Of a DNA stretch of 64,000 nt, positions 47,968 through 59,707 are shown one piece after another. Source of the DNA: Pachysolen tannophilus NRRL Y-2460. Taxonomy: Eukaryota. The position numbers and the translations under genes are program-made. The stretch spans positions 1,683,860-1,747,859 of the forward strand of contig KV454013.1 in assembly GCA_001661245.1 (NCBI GenBank), read 5' to 3'. Below the pieces are notes generated by a model that saw only the letters and a list, made by a program, of their open reading frames with translations, searched no databases and was not told where the DNA came from. How positions within the stretch are numbered: the stretch's first letter is position 1; every line of letters starts with the position of its first letter.

Positions 47968-48221
47968 TAGTTATTCATTTTTCTAATCTAAGGGTATCGA
48001 TTTTTTTGTCAGTGGGAAACTGTTGTTAAATTATAGTAGAGTTTATTTTGGAGTGGTGTTTCTCAGTTTAATTTTTGTGAAATTGATTAGAAAAGAAGTT
48101 CTAATTTCTAAAAACTAAATCATCTTGGCTGTTGTTTGTCACAATTTTTTTTTTTTTTTTTTTTTTTGATTTTTGATTCAACTAGTTTTGAAAAGGTTAC
48201 AAACTATAAGATCAAGGGAGG

Positions 48222-50591
48222 ATGCAAGAATTACAGTTCACTTCGTTGGTTGATACTTCATCTCGACTTAAAGTCGATAAAATGGGTAATTTTGTTGAGA
48301 GCAAGTCAGGAAGAAGAGTGACATTGAAAGGTATAAATCTTGATTCGTCGATGAAAATACCTACTTCACCACCACATATGACAAGTTATAGACCTTTTAA
48401 AGATGGATTGTTTTGGGATGGTGACAATGTTTCATTTGTAGGGAGGCCATTTCCGATAGAGGAAGCAGAGGAGCATTTTAATAGAATCAAATCATGGGGT
48501 TATAATACTATTAGATATATTATTACTTGGGAAGCTATAGAACATTTTGGACCTGGTCATTATGATGATGAATTTGTTGAATATACAATTAAGATTTTGA
48601 AAATAATTGATCGAATCGGTGGTTTATACGTTTTCATTGATCCACATCAAGATGTTTGGTCTAGATTCACTGGTGGTTGTGGAGCGCCTCTTTGGACTTT
48701 ATATGCAGCAGGGCTTAATCCTCATAAATTTGCAACCACAGAGGCAGCATTTATTCAAAATAGTTATCCTGATCCTATAAATTTTCCAAAGATGGTTTGG
48801 CCAACAAATTATACCAGATTAGCAACTTTTACAATGTTTACAATGTTTTTCTCTGGAAAGAAATTTTTCCCTAAATGCATTATAGATGGTGTAAATATTC
48901 AAGATTATTTACAATCTCATTTTTTAAATTCTTTAAAATATTTTCTAGTTGCATTGGAAAGTAATGTACCTAAGCTTATGAATACTACTATTATTGGATT
49001 TGAAACATTAAATGAACCTTCTTGTGGTCTATATGGTAGGCAAGATTTATCAGTTTTACCTAAGGATCAAGAATTGAGGGTTCATACAACACCTACAGCT
49101 TTTGAAGCCATGAAATTAGGGATGGGTATTCCTTGTGAGATTGATACTTATGAAATTAGAATTATTGGTCCTACAAGGACTGGGAAAAAATTAGTTAATG
49201 AACAAAAAGATAATTGTTGGATTAAAGATTACAAATGGGATGATCATTATGGGTTTAAAAGAGATAAAAATTGGAAAATAGGACAATGTGTTTATGCGTT
49301 ACATGGTATCTGGGATATTAAAACTGAAACATTATTGATTCCAGACTATTTTGGTAAAGACCCAAATACGGGCACAATTTTAAATAAAGATGTTTTCGTT
49401 AACGAAGATTTTCTAGATTTTTATATTTCATCTAAACAAATGTTACGGTCCATTAATTCTGATTTATTCAGCATGATGCAAATTCCAGTTTTTGAAATTC
49501 CACCTAATTTAATGAATACTGATATAGTAGATAATCGTACTATATTATGCCAGCATTATTATGATGGTATGTCACTCATGTTTAAGACATGGAATAGAAA
49601 ATATAATGTTGATACTTTGGGAATCTTAAGAGGTAGGTATTTGAATCCAATTTTTGGGATTGTATTTGGTGAAAAAAACATTAGAAGATGTATTAAAAAT
49701 CAATTTAATGAGATGAATAGAGAAAAAATTGAGTATATGGGTAGAAGTGTTCCTATGATGATATCTGAGACGGGTATGCCATTTGATATGGATGATAAAA
49801 AATCTTTTGATGACGGAGATTATTCTTCTCAGATTTCAGCATTAGATTGTATTGGATACGCTTTAGAAACGAACAATTTATCTCATACTTACTGGTGTTA
49901 TTCTTCAATTAATTGTCATAAATGGGGTGATAGATGGAATAATGAGGATTTTGGTTTTTGGTCGAAAGATGATTGTAAAGATTGGGATTATACTAAGAAA
50001 ATGTTATATGATTCTACTAGGAGATTTAATACTGATCGAACGTTTGTAGATTCAATTAAAGATGAGAATATCTCAAGTTCAAAGAGGAAAATGGATTTTG
50101 AATCCGATTCAACAGTTACCGAATCAATATTATTGAAAGATCAAAAGCAGCATGTAAAAGAGGATTTATCATTATTTGCAGATGGTGTGCGTTCATTGGA
50201 TTCGATAGTAAGACCTTACCCAGTATTGATAAATGGAACTGTAGAATATTGTGAATTTGATTTGTCGAATTTAACATTTGAATTGATTATAAACACAAAA
50301 TCTTCTTCAAATATAGTATTTCCAAGTGTTATATATTTACCGTCATTTCATTTTCCTATTGATGATGTTGAAATTCAGGCTTCAACAGGAACTACAAAGT
50401 ATAAGTTTAATGATTTTTTGCAAGTTTTACATTGGCATCATGATATCAATATTGGTAAACAGCGATTATATGTTCAGCTAAATCAAAATAATGAAAATAA
50501 AGAGGCGAGTGCTTTAAACTTCTCAGCCTGTGGATGTGGAAGTGGGAGTTCGGGTTATGGAAAAAATCCAGAAGCTTGTACGATTATTTAA
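48222..50591 (+). CDS. GH5 endoglycoceramidase-related glucosidase (Egh1/EGCrP-like) with C-terminal CaaX
   Basis: SFVGRPF, TWEAIEH.GPG.YD, DPHQDVWSRF, NEP acid/base, SETGMPFD nucleophile, WGDRWNNED; the protein ends in CTII. Confidence 0.88.
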   Translation: MQELQFTSLVDTSSRLKVDKMGNFVESKSGRRVTLKGINLDSSMKIPTSPPHMTSYRPFKDGLFWDGDNVSFVGRPFPIEEAEEHFNRIKSWGYNTIRYIITWEAIEHFGPGHYDDEFVEYTIKILKIIDRIGGLYVFIDPHQDVWSRFTGGCGAPLWTLYAAGLNPHKFATTEAAFIQNSYPDPINFPKMVWPTNYTRLATFTMFTMFFSGKKFFPKCIIDGVNIQDYLQSHFLNSLKYFLVALESNVPKLMNTTIIGFETLNEPSCGLYGRQDLSVLPKDQELRVHTTPTAFEAMKLGMGIPCEIDTYEIRIIGPTRTGKKLVNEQKDNCWIKDYKWDDHYGFKRDKNWKIGQCVYALHGIWDIKTETLLIPDYFGKDPNTGTILNKDVFVNEDFLDFYISSKQMLRSINSDLFSMMQIPVFEIPPNLMNTDIVDNRTILCQHYYDGMSLMFKTWNRKYNVDTLGILRGRYLNPIFGIVFGEKNIRRCIKNQFNEMNREKIEYMGRSVPMMISETGMPFDMDDKKSFDDGDYSSQISALDCIGYALETNNLSHTYWCYSSINCHKWGDRWNNEDFGFWSKDDCKDWDYTKKMLYDSTRRFNTDRTFVDSIKDENISSSKRKMDFESDSTVTESILLKDQKQHVKEDLSLFADGVRSLDSIVRPYPVLINGTVEYCEFDLSNLTFELIINTKSSSNIVFPSVIYLPSFHFPIDDVEIQASTGTTKYKFNDFLQVLHWHHDINIGKQRLYVQLNQNNENKEASALNFSACGCGSGSSGYGKNPEACTII

Positions 50592-51445
50592 AAACTGCCA
50601 TCCACAGGCTTATGGGTATATTTATAAGGCTCCTACAATTAACAATTTTAATTTTCTTGAGAGTATTTTGGTGGCTATTAGGTGTCTTTACTAGGGCTTG
50701 TTGAAGATACATTTTTTTTAAATATATTTTCATATGTTGAGCATTATTATTACTTGTCTTTTATACTTTTAAATAAATATAATTATGTCAGTTCTAACAT
50801 TCCATCCTGTAGCCATTTAAAATTGACGAGTTAAAACAATTATTAGCATGTGTTTTTTTTTTTTTTCTTGGCTTACCAAATACTTGTTGAAACGTGTCTT
50901 TTTAGATTTGCAATTGGCCAAACTTAAAGCCAACAACCCGTCAAATCAGATTAAATCGTTACATCAGTTTCTAAATCGGTGAAAAAGAGCGGGGGGTAAA
51001 CAAAGGAAACACAACTTCCTAATACGGCAATACGGCAAAATCTCCGGTTGACCAGTATTTAGAAAGACAACATTCTGCATGTGGTACGTCTCCAAACCTT
51101 AGTTTTGGCAAATTTGTCCTATGTTTTATGTTGTACTTGCCTCTTTCCGAGTATTTATTGTAATCGGAATTAAAACTTCACCAATTAGATGCTCTAAAAG
51201 GCTATGAGAGATTTTTTTGTTGGGTGTTTTAAAGTTTTCATATTCAATGAATCGGCGCAATTCGTAGTTTTTAATTTGTAATTTGTAAATCATGGAGATT
51301 GTGTTCAACTCTTTTGAATTTTCCTTGAGAGGGAAGAACAGTACTTAAAGGTTAGTTATTGCCAGTTTTATTTTCTATAATTCAATTTTTCTTTATATAT
51401 AAGTTGAAATTTTTTTCATAAATTATTTTACAATATAAAGATATA

Positions 51446-53029
51446 ATGAGTCCATCTAGTTTTATTCCTAAAATCAAGGTTGCAACCGATAAGTGTAAGT
51501 TTCAAGGAGATACCTTATTATCGTCATACACGTATCAAAATGCTCTTGTTTCTAAAGATTTAGAGACAGGTATATTTAACGTTGAGCCGCAATCTACTGA
51601 TTACAATTTCAAATTAGATTTGAAAATTCCAAAAGTTGGATTAATGTTAGTGGGTCTTGGTGGTAATAATGGATCCACAGTAGTTGCCGCGGTCTTAGCC
51701 AATAAGCATCAATTATCTTTTGAAACTAATAAAGGTGTTGTTAAACCTAATTACTATGGTTCGGTAACTCAATCTGCAACTTTGAAATTAGGTATTGATA
51801 GGCATGGTAGTGACGTTTATGCTCCTTTTAATGATGTTTTACCTCTTGTTAATCCAAATGATCTTGTTGTTGGTGGTTGGGATATTAATGGTGCTGATTT
51901 GAAAAAGGCAATGGAACGTGCCCAAGTCTTGGATATCGATTTACAGAAAAAATTGGGTCCATACATGAAAGATATAAAACCATTACCATCTGTTTACTAC
52001 CCTGATTTTATTGCTGCAAACCAAGATGATAGAGCAGATAATTGTTTTAATAGAGAAAACGTAAATGGTGTTGTTTCAACAAAGGGAAAGTGGTCACATG
52101 TTGAGAAGATCAGATCTGATATTAGAGAGTTCAAACAGAAAAATAATTTAGATAAAGTTATTGTTTTATGGACTGCAAATACTGAACGTTATGCAGATGT
52201 TGCTGCAGGAGTAAACGATACTGCTGAAAATTTGATCAGTTCTATTAAAAAAGATGACGAAGAAGTTTCTCCTTCTACAATTTTTGCAGTTGCATCAATC
52301 TTAGAGAAAGTCACTTTTATCAACGGTTCCCCTCAAAACACTTTTGTTCCTGGTTGTATCGAATTAGCTGAAATTAATAAAACATTTATTGGTGGTGATG
52401 ATTTCAAAACTGGACAAACAAAATTGAAATCAGTATTGGCCCAATTTTTGGTTGATGCAGGTATTAGACCAATTTCTATTGCTTCATATAATCATTTGGG
52501 AAATAATGATGGTTATAATTTAAGTTCTGCAAGACAATTTAGATCTAAAGAAATTTCTAAAAAATCAGTTGTTGACGATATGATTGCTTCAAATAAAATT
52601 CTATATAATGAGGAAAAAGGAAACACAATTGATCACTGTATTGTCATTAAATATGTCCCTGCTGTTGGTGATTCCAAGATTGCCATGGATGAGTATTACT
52701 CAGAATTAATGTTAGGAGGGCATAATAAATTGGTGGTTCATAATACATGTGAAGATTCTTTATTAGCAACTCCTTTAATAATTGACTTAGTAATCATGTC
52801 AGAATTTTTATCGAGAATTAATTACAAGAGAGCTGATGAAACAGAATACCATGATTTCTATTCAGTATTATCATTTTTATCCTACTGGTTAAAAGCACCA
52901 TTGACAAGACCTGGATACGACGCTATTAATGGTTTAAATAAGCAAAGACAAGGTATTGAGAATTTAATGAGATTACTCATTGGGCTTCCAGCGTTAGACG
53001 AATTAAGATTTGAGGAGAGATTAGTTTAA
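51446..53029 (+). CDS. INO1: Inositol-3-phosphate synthase
   Basis: [46 protein letters not shown]. Confidence 0.97.
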   Translation: MSPSSFIPKIKVATDKCKFQGDTLLSSYTYQNALVSKDLETGIFNVEPQSTDYNFKLDLKIPKVGLMLVGLGGNNGSTVVAAVLANKHQLSFETNKGVVKPNYYGSVTQSATLKLGIDRHGSDVYAPFNDVLPLVNPNDLVVGGWDINGADLKKAMERAQVLDIDLQKKLGPYMKDIKPLPSVYYPDFIAANQDDRADNCFNRENVNGVVSTKGKWSHVEKIRSDIREFKQKNNLDKVIVLWTANTERYADVAAGVNDTAENLISSIKKDDEEVSPSTIFAVASILEKVTFINGSPQNTFVPGCIELAEINKTFIGGDDFKTGQTKLKSVLAQFLVDAGIRPISIASYNHLGNNDGYNLSSARQFRSKEISKKSVVDDMIASNKILYNEEKGNTIDHCIVIKYVPAVGDSKIAMDEYYSELMLGGHNKLVVHNTCEDSLLATPLIIDLVIMSEFLSRINYKRADETEYHDFYSVLSFLSYWLKAPLTRPGYDAINGLNKQRQGIENLMRLLIGLPALDELRFEERLV

Positions 53030-53151
53030 AGGAATAGTGTTAGACAAAGTCGAATTTATAATTTTTTTTTCTTTTCTTTAATGGAATGAACATCTTTTCC
53101 AACTTCTGTTTTAAATTTATATTAAATTAATAAAATTGATACAATATTCTT

Positions 53152-53183
<32 letters not shown>

Positions 53184-53238
53184 TGTTGGGGTATATACAT
53201 ATCCGCTCAAAAACAACCTATTAAAATATGCAATACAT

Positions 53239-54480
53239 TTAAAAATTTCTTCTTGAAGGTGTAATGTTTTTTGGACTTCCTCCAATGTTCATATTTGAAA
53301 AACTACTAACAAACGAACTTGATTTTGCTGGATCCAGCGAATTATCTTTGAATTTAAAATTTTCTTTTATCATTGGAATCTTATCGATATCATTCAAATC
53401 CACTTTATCCTTTAGAACTGGAGAAACAGTTTCCTCTTTTTTCTCGATAGCCTTATTTTCAACTTTTAAATCCAATCCAAGCAATTCACGTTGTGCATTA
53501 GATAATGGTAAATCTAAACACTGATCTTGTTTTTTAAATATTTGAAATAGACATAACAGTAGGTTGAAACTAATGACTGAATAAAAAATTAATCTTATGA
53601 ATCGACATACAGAGACAGAAAATATGGTATCATTTAAATAATCCAACAATGACGTGTTGATATAAATATACTTTATTAGGCTTACAAGTAGCTTGAAAAC
53701 AAATAAAAGGAAAACGTTGAAAACAAATGTTTTAACGTATAATTCTTTATTCAGAATTCTTGTCATTGCAAGTTGGACATTTTCATCCAATAGTGGTTCA
53801 AATGTGGTTTTTTGATTAAGATAAGATTTATCATTTGATGCTAAATTTGATGAAGTTGAAGATATTTCGCATTCTTGTTCAACATTTTTTTGAGCATTAT
53901 TAAAATATGTGTTTTGTAAGTTATTCGATATTTCAAATGGAGTTTTGTTAATCTCTTGAGGTATCATATTTTGAGAATTTTTAAAAACTAAATTTGGATT
54001 TAAATACCTATTGACATCATTTGAAAATTCCGCATAAATTGGTGATGATGTTGAAAGCAAACTTTTATCATTTTTTCTATCTTTTTGAAGACGTAATTGT
54101 TGTTTGAAAAAAGTATCTTTAGATGTTGTTGGTGACAGTTTAAAAGGTGAAACAATTGTTTGTTTTTCTATTGGGGACCTATTGATCGAGGGGAAAAATT
54201 TTTTTTTAAGTTCAACTTCTTCTGGATTACGGTCATTCAAATCACCATTTTGAAACTGCTTTATCCTTGTTGATGGAGTCTCATTTATTATATTAGAACT
54301 TTGCTGTTGATTTTTCGGAGTTTGAAAACTATTAATTGCTGCTAAATGCTGTAAATCAATATAGTTACCACTTCTCGATTTCGTTCTATTATGTTTGATA
54401 CCTACAAAAGTATCATTTGGACCCGGCGTACTAAACGAGTCCGTATCAAAAGGAGTCTTCACTGGAGTAACAAATGACAT
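53239..54480 (-). CDS. POM34: Pom34-like transmembrane nucleoporin
   Basis: TP/SP-rich N-terminus and two hydrophobic segments followed by DLPLSNAQRELLGL. Confidence 0.6.
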   Translation of the reverse strand: MSFVTPVKTPFDTDSFSTPGPNDTFVGIKHNRTKSRSGNYIDLQHLAAINSFQTPKNQQQSSNIINETPSTRIKQFQNGDLNDRNPEEVELKKKFFPSINRSPIEKQTIVSPFKLSPTTSKDTFFKQQLRLQKDRKNDKSLLSTSSPIYAEFSNDVNRYLNPNLVFKNSQNMIPQEINKTPFEISNNLQNTYFNNAQKNVEQECEISSTSSNLASNDKSYLNQKTTFEPLLDENVQLAMTRILNKELYVKTFVFNVFLLFVFKLLVSLIKYIYINTSLLDYLNDTIFSVSVCRFIRLIFYSVISFNLLLCLFQIFKKQDQCLDLPLSNAQRELLGLDLKVENKAIEKKEETVSPVLKDKVDLNDIDKIPMIKENFKFKDNSLDPAKSSSFVSSFSNMNIGGSPKNITPSRRNF

Positions 54481-54736
54481 CTTTCCTTATCCTTATCCTT
54501 CTCATCAGAAAGATTCTATTAACTTGAAATTTAAAACAACAAATTATATAAGTTACAGTTTGTTACTACTAATAAATTCTCGAGAATAAAAATATATAAA
54601 TAAGTGATTAAATCAATTCTTCTGTTTGGTAAGTTCATACACTACAAAAGTGGTGTGAGATGTTTTCTATATATTATTTACTATGGGATAATTATTGTAT
54701 TGATAAAATTGGTGTGATATGGAATGTATCAATGTA

Positions 54737-55717
54737 TCAATGAATTGGCCAATAACCAGGGAATAAATAGTGCATTTTTTCCAATAGTTCACGTTTAACA
54801 CCATCTGGAGAGGTACTTACGGAGTATTTCATTGATCCCAGGAGATCATTACCAACGTTACCGGCTTTAATTTCAGTTTCCAATCTGTCAATAAGTCTTT
54901 CAGCAAGAATATGAGCATTCGCACTATTTGCTGACAAATTACCAATAACAGTTTCAACTGTAACGGGTTCTTCTTGATCATTCCAAGCGTCGTAATCGGT
55001 AGACATACAGATCATTTGGTAAGCGATTTCAGCTTCTCTAGCTAATTTTGATTCTGGAATAGCAGACATGTTAATGACGGATCCACCCCAAGATTTGTAT
55101 AATCTTGATTCTGCTCTTGTAGAAAAAGCTGGACCTTCCATACAGACCAAGATAACATCGTCTTTTAAAGTTTCCTTAGTATGGAAAATAAGATTATCAC
55201 CTTGTAATAAATTTTTTTCAACACCAACTTCTGCAACAATTTTATTTAATTTTAAATCAAAAGGTTCACCAAAACCTGCATGTGCAACAAATCCTTTTTC
55301 AAAAAAAGTTGAAGGTCTTATACCTTTTGTTCTATCAATGATTTGATTTGGTAAGACAAAATCTCTTGGTTTAATATGTTTTTGTAATGAACCAACTGCA
55401 CTAAAGGCAATAATACATTTGACTCCCAATTTCTTTAAAGCTGCAATGTTTGCCCTACTTGGAACATCAGAAGGTAATAAATCATGATGTAAACCATGTC
55501 TAGCTAAGAAAGCAATAGGGAACCCCGACTCAGTTTTCGAAATTGTAATTGGTGATGATGGGAATCCCCATGGTGTTGAAACAGTTAATTTGGCCACTGC
55601 AGTTAAAGTATCTAGCTTATATAATCCAGTACCACCTATTACAGCTAATGTAACCGGCTCATGAAACTCGGTAGGCAAAGGCTGACCTTCACTCTTTGAA
55701 TTGCGATGTAAAGACAT
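54737..55717 (-). CDS. MEU1: S-methyl-5'-thioadenosine phosphorylase
   Basis: IGGTGLY, TPWG, FLARHG, MEGPAFSTRAES, INMS, MSTDYD. First ATG is at 55717. Confidence 0.94.
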   Translation of the reverse strand: MSLHRNSKSEGQPLPTEFHEPVTLAVIGGTGLYKLDTLTAVAKLTVSTPWGFPSSPITISKTESGFPIAFLARHGLHHDLLPSDVPSRANIAALKKLGVKCIIAFSAVGSLQKHIKPRDFVLPNQIIDRTKGIRPSTFFEKGFVAHAGFGEPFDLKLNKIVAEVGVEKNLLQGDNLIFHTKETLKDDVILVCMEGPAFSTRAESRLYKSWGGSVINMSAIPESKLAREAEIAYQMICMSTDYDAWNDQEEPVTVETVIGNLSANSANAHILAERLIDRLETEIKAGNVGNDLLGSMKYSVSTSPDGVKRELLEKMHYLFPGYWPIH

Positions 55718-56165
55718 TTTCTTAATATCTCTTTTAAAAATTAATAAAACTGGGTTAAGCTTAAACACACTGAAAAAAACCAAAAAAAATCAAACCAAAA
55801 AAAAAAATTAAACTTTGCAATTGACTCAAAAGAAACGCAAATAACTATATATATATATATATGTAAATATAATCTATCTATCTTTTCTAGCTCTACCCAC
55901 CCATATATATATATATAGTAATAATTGGTGAAGTTTTAAAAAAAAACGTTGAAATCTGAGCAATCGCAAATTCGCCTTTTTTCGTTCTTTTTTTTGGTTT
56001 TTTTATGATATAAACAAATATATTTATATGTGCGGAGGCATGTGCTCATAAACCACAGTTTTGAACTACTAACTCTACAAAGTGAGATAATAATGGATAA
56101 ATTAAATTGTATTGAAAGCCTTTATTATAAATTACTTTATTATAAATTACTATGAACTTGAATCT

Positions 56166-57134
56166 TTATGATAGTCTTTCACCTTCTTCAATCTGGGGTT
56201 CTTGTTGACCTAATAAACCTTGAGTTACACCATTTTTATCACGTTGAGAATTTTCTATTTCGTTTATATGACTTGTATCTGAATCTGAATCGTGAATAAA
56301 GTTTTGATGTTGGTGTTTATATTCTGGAGATTGAATGATGTTGTCAATCAAGTAGTACTGTAAGGAATTCATTACTAATGGGAAAATCATCAATACAAAT
56401 ACCAATTGTAAATTTTCGTACTGATCGCTCCAACTAAGAATCCAGTCAGCAATTTTTACCAAGAATGGGAACAGTTCCAATATCATATATATGATTAATT
56501 TCATGAAAATTAGCCCTATAAAATATAGCGATAATTGTTTTAAATAGTAAGATATCTTTGGTGGTACACCGTATTGGCCACTGGATATACCTTGTATATT
56601 TGCTTTACTTGCTAAGGAGTAAATCATCAATAACATGAGCCATAAGATGGGCACTCCAATTGTGGTATCAAACAAGATATTTAAAAAATAATAGTTACAC
56701 GGATCCGTCATAAAATCATCATTGTTACCGCCATTATTAGAGCTATTCCCAGGGGAATGATTAATTCTATGATTAGAACCAAGACTGGATCCATCTTTAG
56801 ACCCATCTCTATACCCATCATCTCTATTGTTCCCATTGGTGTAGTCTCGTATCCTAATTAATGAAAACCTATCATGTCCACCATGATCCCCTTGGTTACC
56901 ACTTATTATACTTAACAGAACATTTAACATGTGAATGCCTAAACTACCAAAAACTTGTTTTGAAACATCAAAAAACCATATTTTCCAAGGTCTTCTATTT
57001 GGATATTCTCTAAACCTTTTTAAAACCAATGACGAAAGAGCCAATAACCCTAGACATACTTGGACAAATAGTGCAAATGGTCCAATTAACTTGCACTGAT
57101 CTGTCTTATCCGCTATATTCCATGAGAATATCAT
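56166..57134 (-). CDS. STIMATE/TMEM110-family membrane protein (YPL162C-like)
   Basis: CKLIGPFALFVQ, RRPWKIWFFDVSKQ, PCNYYFLNILFDTTIG, SGQYG.PP, QYYLIDNII. Confidence 0.82.
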   Translation of the reverse strand: MIFSWNIADKTDQCKLIGPFALFVQVCLGLLALSSLVLKRFREYPNRRPWKIWFFDVSKQVFGSLGIHMLNVLLSIISGNQGDHGGHDRFSLIRIRDYTNGNNRDDGYRDGSKDGSSLGSNHRINHSPGNSSNNGGNNDDFMTDPCNYYFLNILFDTTIGVPILWLMLLMIYSLASKANIQGISSGQYGVPPKISYYLKQLSLYFIGLIFMKLIIYMILELFPFLVKIADWILSWSDQYENLQLVFVLMIFPLVMNSLQYYLIDNIIQSPEYKHQHQNFIHDSDSDTSHINEIENSQRDKNGVTQGLLGQQEPQIEEGERLS

Positions 57135-57635
57135 AACTTCTCACTAAAGACTAGACTAATTCTTAAAACATATAGCTACATTTGTTTTAAGCAAATAAAG
57201 CCTTAATTAAATAAATAAATAAAAAAATTGCTGGTAGTGCGCTCGGTACTAAAATAATTCTTGAAGATAAAAGAGTTTCCCAATCAAGTAACTAGTTAAA
57301 TACGGCAGTCGGTCCAAATTAGGCAATTGCCCCTGGATACTTATTTTTTATTTTTTTTTCCGTTTTTGATTCAGAATTTTCGGAACGGTTTTTTGAAAAA
57401 AAAGTTGTGGCGAGTGAGAAGGGTTTCGGGAAAATTACGATTAAGAAGAAGCTCCCATTTAGGAAAGAGGGGTTTTTCCACCACCTTTTCTACCTTTTTC
57501 ACCTTTTTTTTTGTTTTTTTTGTTTTTTTCCGATCAAAACAAAACGGTACAAATTAAAAGAAAAAAACTAATTATCGAAATTTTTCATTTCATATATCTA
57601 GTTTTAATCCATTTTATAAATAAAATTTTTTCAAT

Positions 57636-57908
57636 ATGGTTGAACCAAAAGAGACCAAGGCACCTGATGCTTCAAGTAAGTTTTGTTAATTTTGAGTATT
57701 TATACTGTTCATTTTAAAATTTCCAAGTTTCTCAGCTGACTAATTGTTCTTTATAGCTTCTAAACCAAAACCATGTTGTGTTTGCATTCCTCAAAAACAA
57801 TCAAGAGATGAGTGTTTGTTGCTTAACGGTCAAGAAAGTGGGAAGTGTGATTCCATAATCCAAGAATACAAAACGTGTATGAAAGGCTTTGGCTTTGAGG
57901 TGAATTAA
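57636..57908 (+). CDS. COX17: Mitochondrial copper chaperone; exons 57636-57675 and 57757-57908 (absent from the ORF track)
   Basis: The spliced product MVEPKETKAPDASTSKPKPCCVCIPQKQSRDECLLLNGQESGKCDSIIQEYKTCMKGFGFEVN has CC plus twin CX9C motifs. Intron GTAAGT...GACTAAT...TAG. Confidence 0.93.
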
Positions 57909-58744
57909 TTTAAAGATATTTTAAGATTTTAAAAGTCTGTTTTTTTTTTCTTCTTCTTTTTACTTGTATATATATATATTCCCTTTTAATGCTACGATTA
58001 TTAGATTTATTTATTATTAATACCTGATAGTTTTAGAGAAAAATAAATAAAATAAAGCTAAAAAATGAAACATGGGTGATTTAAAAAAAAAAAAAAAAAA
58101 AATTAAAAATATGGAGAATTAAAATAATAATGAAAAATGAAACTAGTTTAGGTCAATCGGTATTTTTCAATTTTACTATTCTATTATATATAACAATATA
58201 TAACGGGATCGGCTTGGTTAAAATTAAAATTATTCATATTCAAATAATGATGACATCTTTTCACGTACAATAAAATAATAATAATAATAATATTTTACCT
58301 TCCTTCATGTCCTTCGTAAGCAGATTACGTAATTGATATAGGATAAACTACATTGTTTGGAACTATATTTTTCAATAAAAGTGCGGGATGGACTTAACCT
58401 AAGACACCAATTCTCGAAAACTGGCACCTTTTTTACTTTACCTGATCGCAAGCGGTTTCGCATTGAATACGGCCAAAGCTATTTGCTATAGGTAGATCCA
58501 TGTAGTTGGTTGGTTATTCTCCCTTAACTTTTATTATTATTTTTTTTTTTTTTGAAATTTTAGCTTTCAAGTTATTCGAGCAAGCTGAAATTGAAATTGT
58601 ATTTAAGCATATCGGTTTCCCCAGAAAAAGATCGGAATAAGTTTTTAAGATTATTTATATTAAATAATTATTATTTTTTATTAAGGTAATATATATATAT
58701 ATAACTTAATTTTTGAAAAGAAAAAAAATAAAAATAGAATAAAT

Positions 58745-59707
58745 ATGTCTCTGCCTTTTTTCACTCTTAATAATGGATCTAAGATTCCTGCTGTTGGTTT
58801 AGGTTGCTGGAAATTAGCAAATGAAACTGCTGCAGATATGGTTTATAGTGCCATTAAGCAAGGTTATCGTTTATTTGATGGTGCTTGTGATTATGGAAAT
58901 GAAAAAGAAGTTGGTGAAGGAATTAACAGGGCAATTAAAGATGGTTTAGTTAAAAGAGAGGAATTATTTGTTGTCTCAAAGTTATGGAATAATTTCCATG
59001 CAAAGGAAAATGTTAAGAAAGCTTTTAAAAAACAATTGAGTGATTTAAATTTGGATTACTTGGATTTATATTTAATACATTTCCCAATTGCATTCAAATT
59101 TGTTCCATTTGAAGAAAAATACCCACCGGGATTTTACTGTGGTGATGGTGATAAATTCCATTATGAAGATGTTCCTATAATTGAGACTTGGAGAGCATTG
59201 GAAGAATTGGTTGATGAAGGTTTAGTCAAATCAATTGGTGTTTCAAACTTTAGAGGTGCCTTACTTCAAGATTTAATAAGAGCTGCTAGAATTAAGCCAG
59301 CTTCTTTACAAATTGAACATCATCCTTATTTACAACAAAATGAATTGGTTGAATACGCTCAATCACAAGGTATTGTTGTTACAGGTTACTCCTCTTTTGG
59401 TCCATTATCGTTTATTGAACTAGAAAACGAAATTGCTGCAGGCACTACTCCATTGTTTGAAAATAAAGTCATCACTTCAATTGCTGCAAAACACGGAAAG
59501 TCACCTGCACAGGTCTTGTTAAGATGGGCAACTCAAAGGGGTATTGCAATTATTCCAAAATCAAATAACCCACAAAGATTATCGGCAAATTTGAATGTAA
59601 ATGACTTTGATTTGACAAAAGAGGATTTTGCAGAAATTGCTAAGTTAGACAAAAACTTAAGATTCAATGATCCATGGACTTGGGACAAAATTCCAACTTT
59701 TGTCTAA
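58745..59707 (+). CDS. XYL1: NAD(P)H-dependent D-xylose (aldose) reductase, AKR2B
   Basis: [53 protein letters not shown]. Confidence 0.93.
   Translation: MSLPFFTLNNGSKIPAVGLGCWKLANETAADMVYSAIKQGYRLFDGACDYGNEKEVGEGINRAIKDGLVKREELFVVSKLWNNFHAKENVKKAFKKQLSDLNLDYLDLYLIHFPIAFKFVPFEEKYPPGFYCGDGDKFHYEDVPIIETWRALEELVDEGLVKSIGVSNFRGALLQDLIRAARIKPASLQIEHHPYLQQNELVEYAQSQGIVVTGYSSFGPLSFIELENEIAAGTTPLFENKVITSIAAKHGKSPAQVLLRWATQRGIAIIPKSNNPQRLSANLNVNDFDLTKEDFAEIAKLDKNLRFNDPWTWDKIPTFV

Noticed and set aside
50847..51083. Two CATGTG boxes upstream of INO1 as UAS-INO
   Set aside because: Only the 6-bp core matches and the AAAT/AAAA flank is missing; too weak to call.
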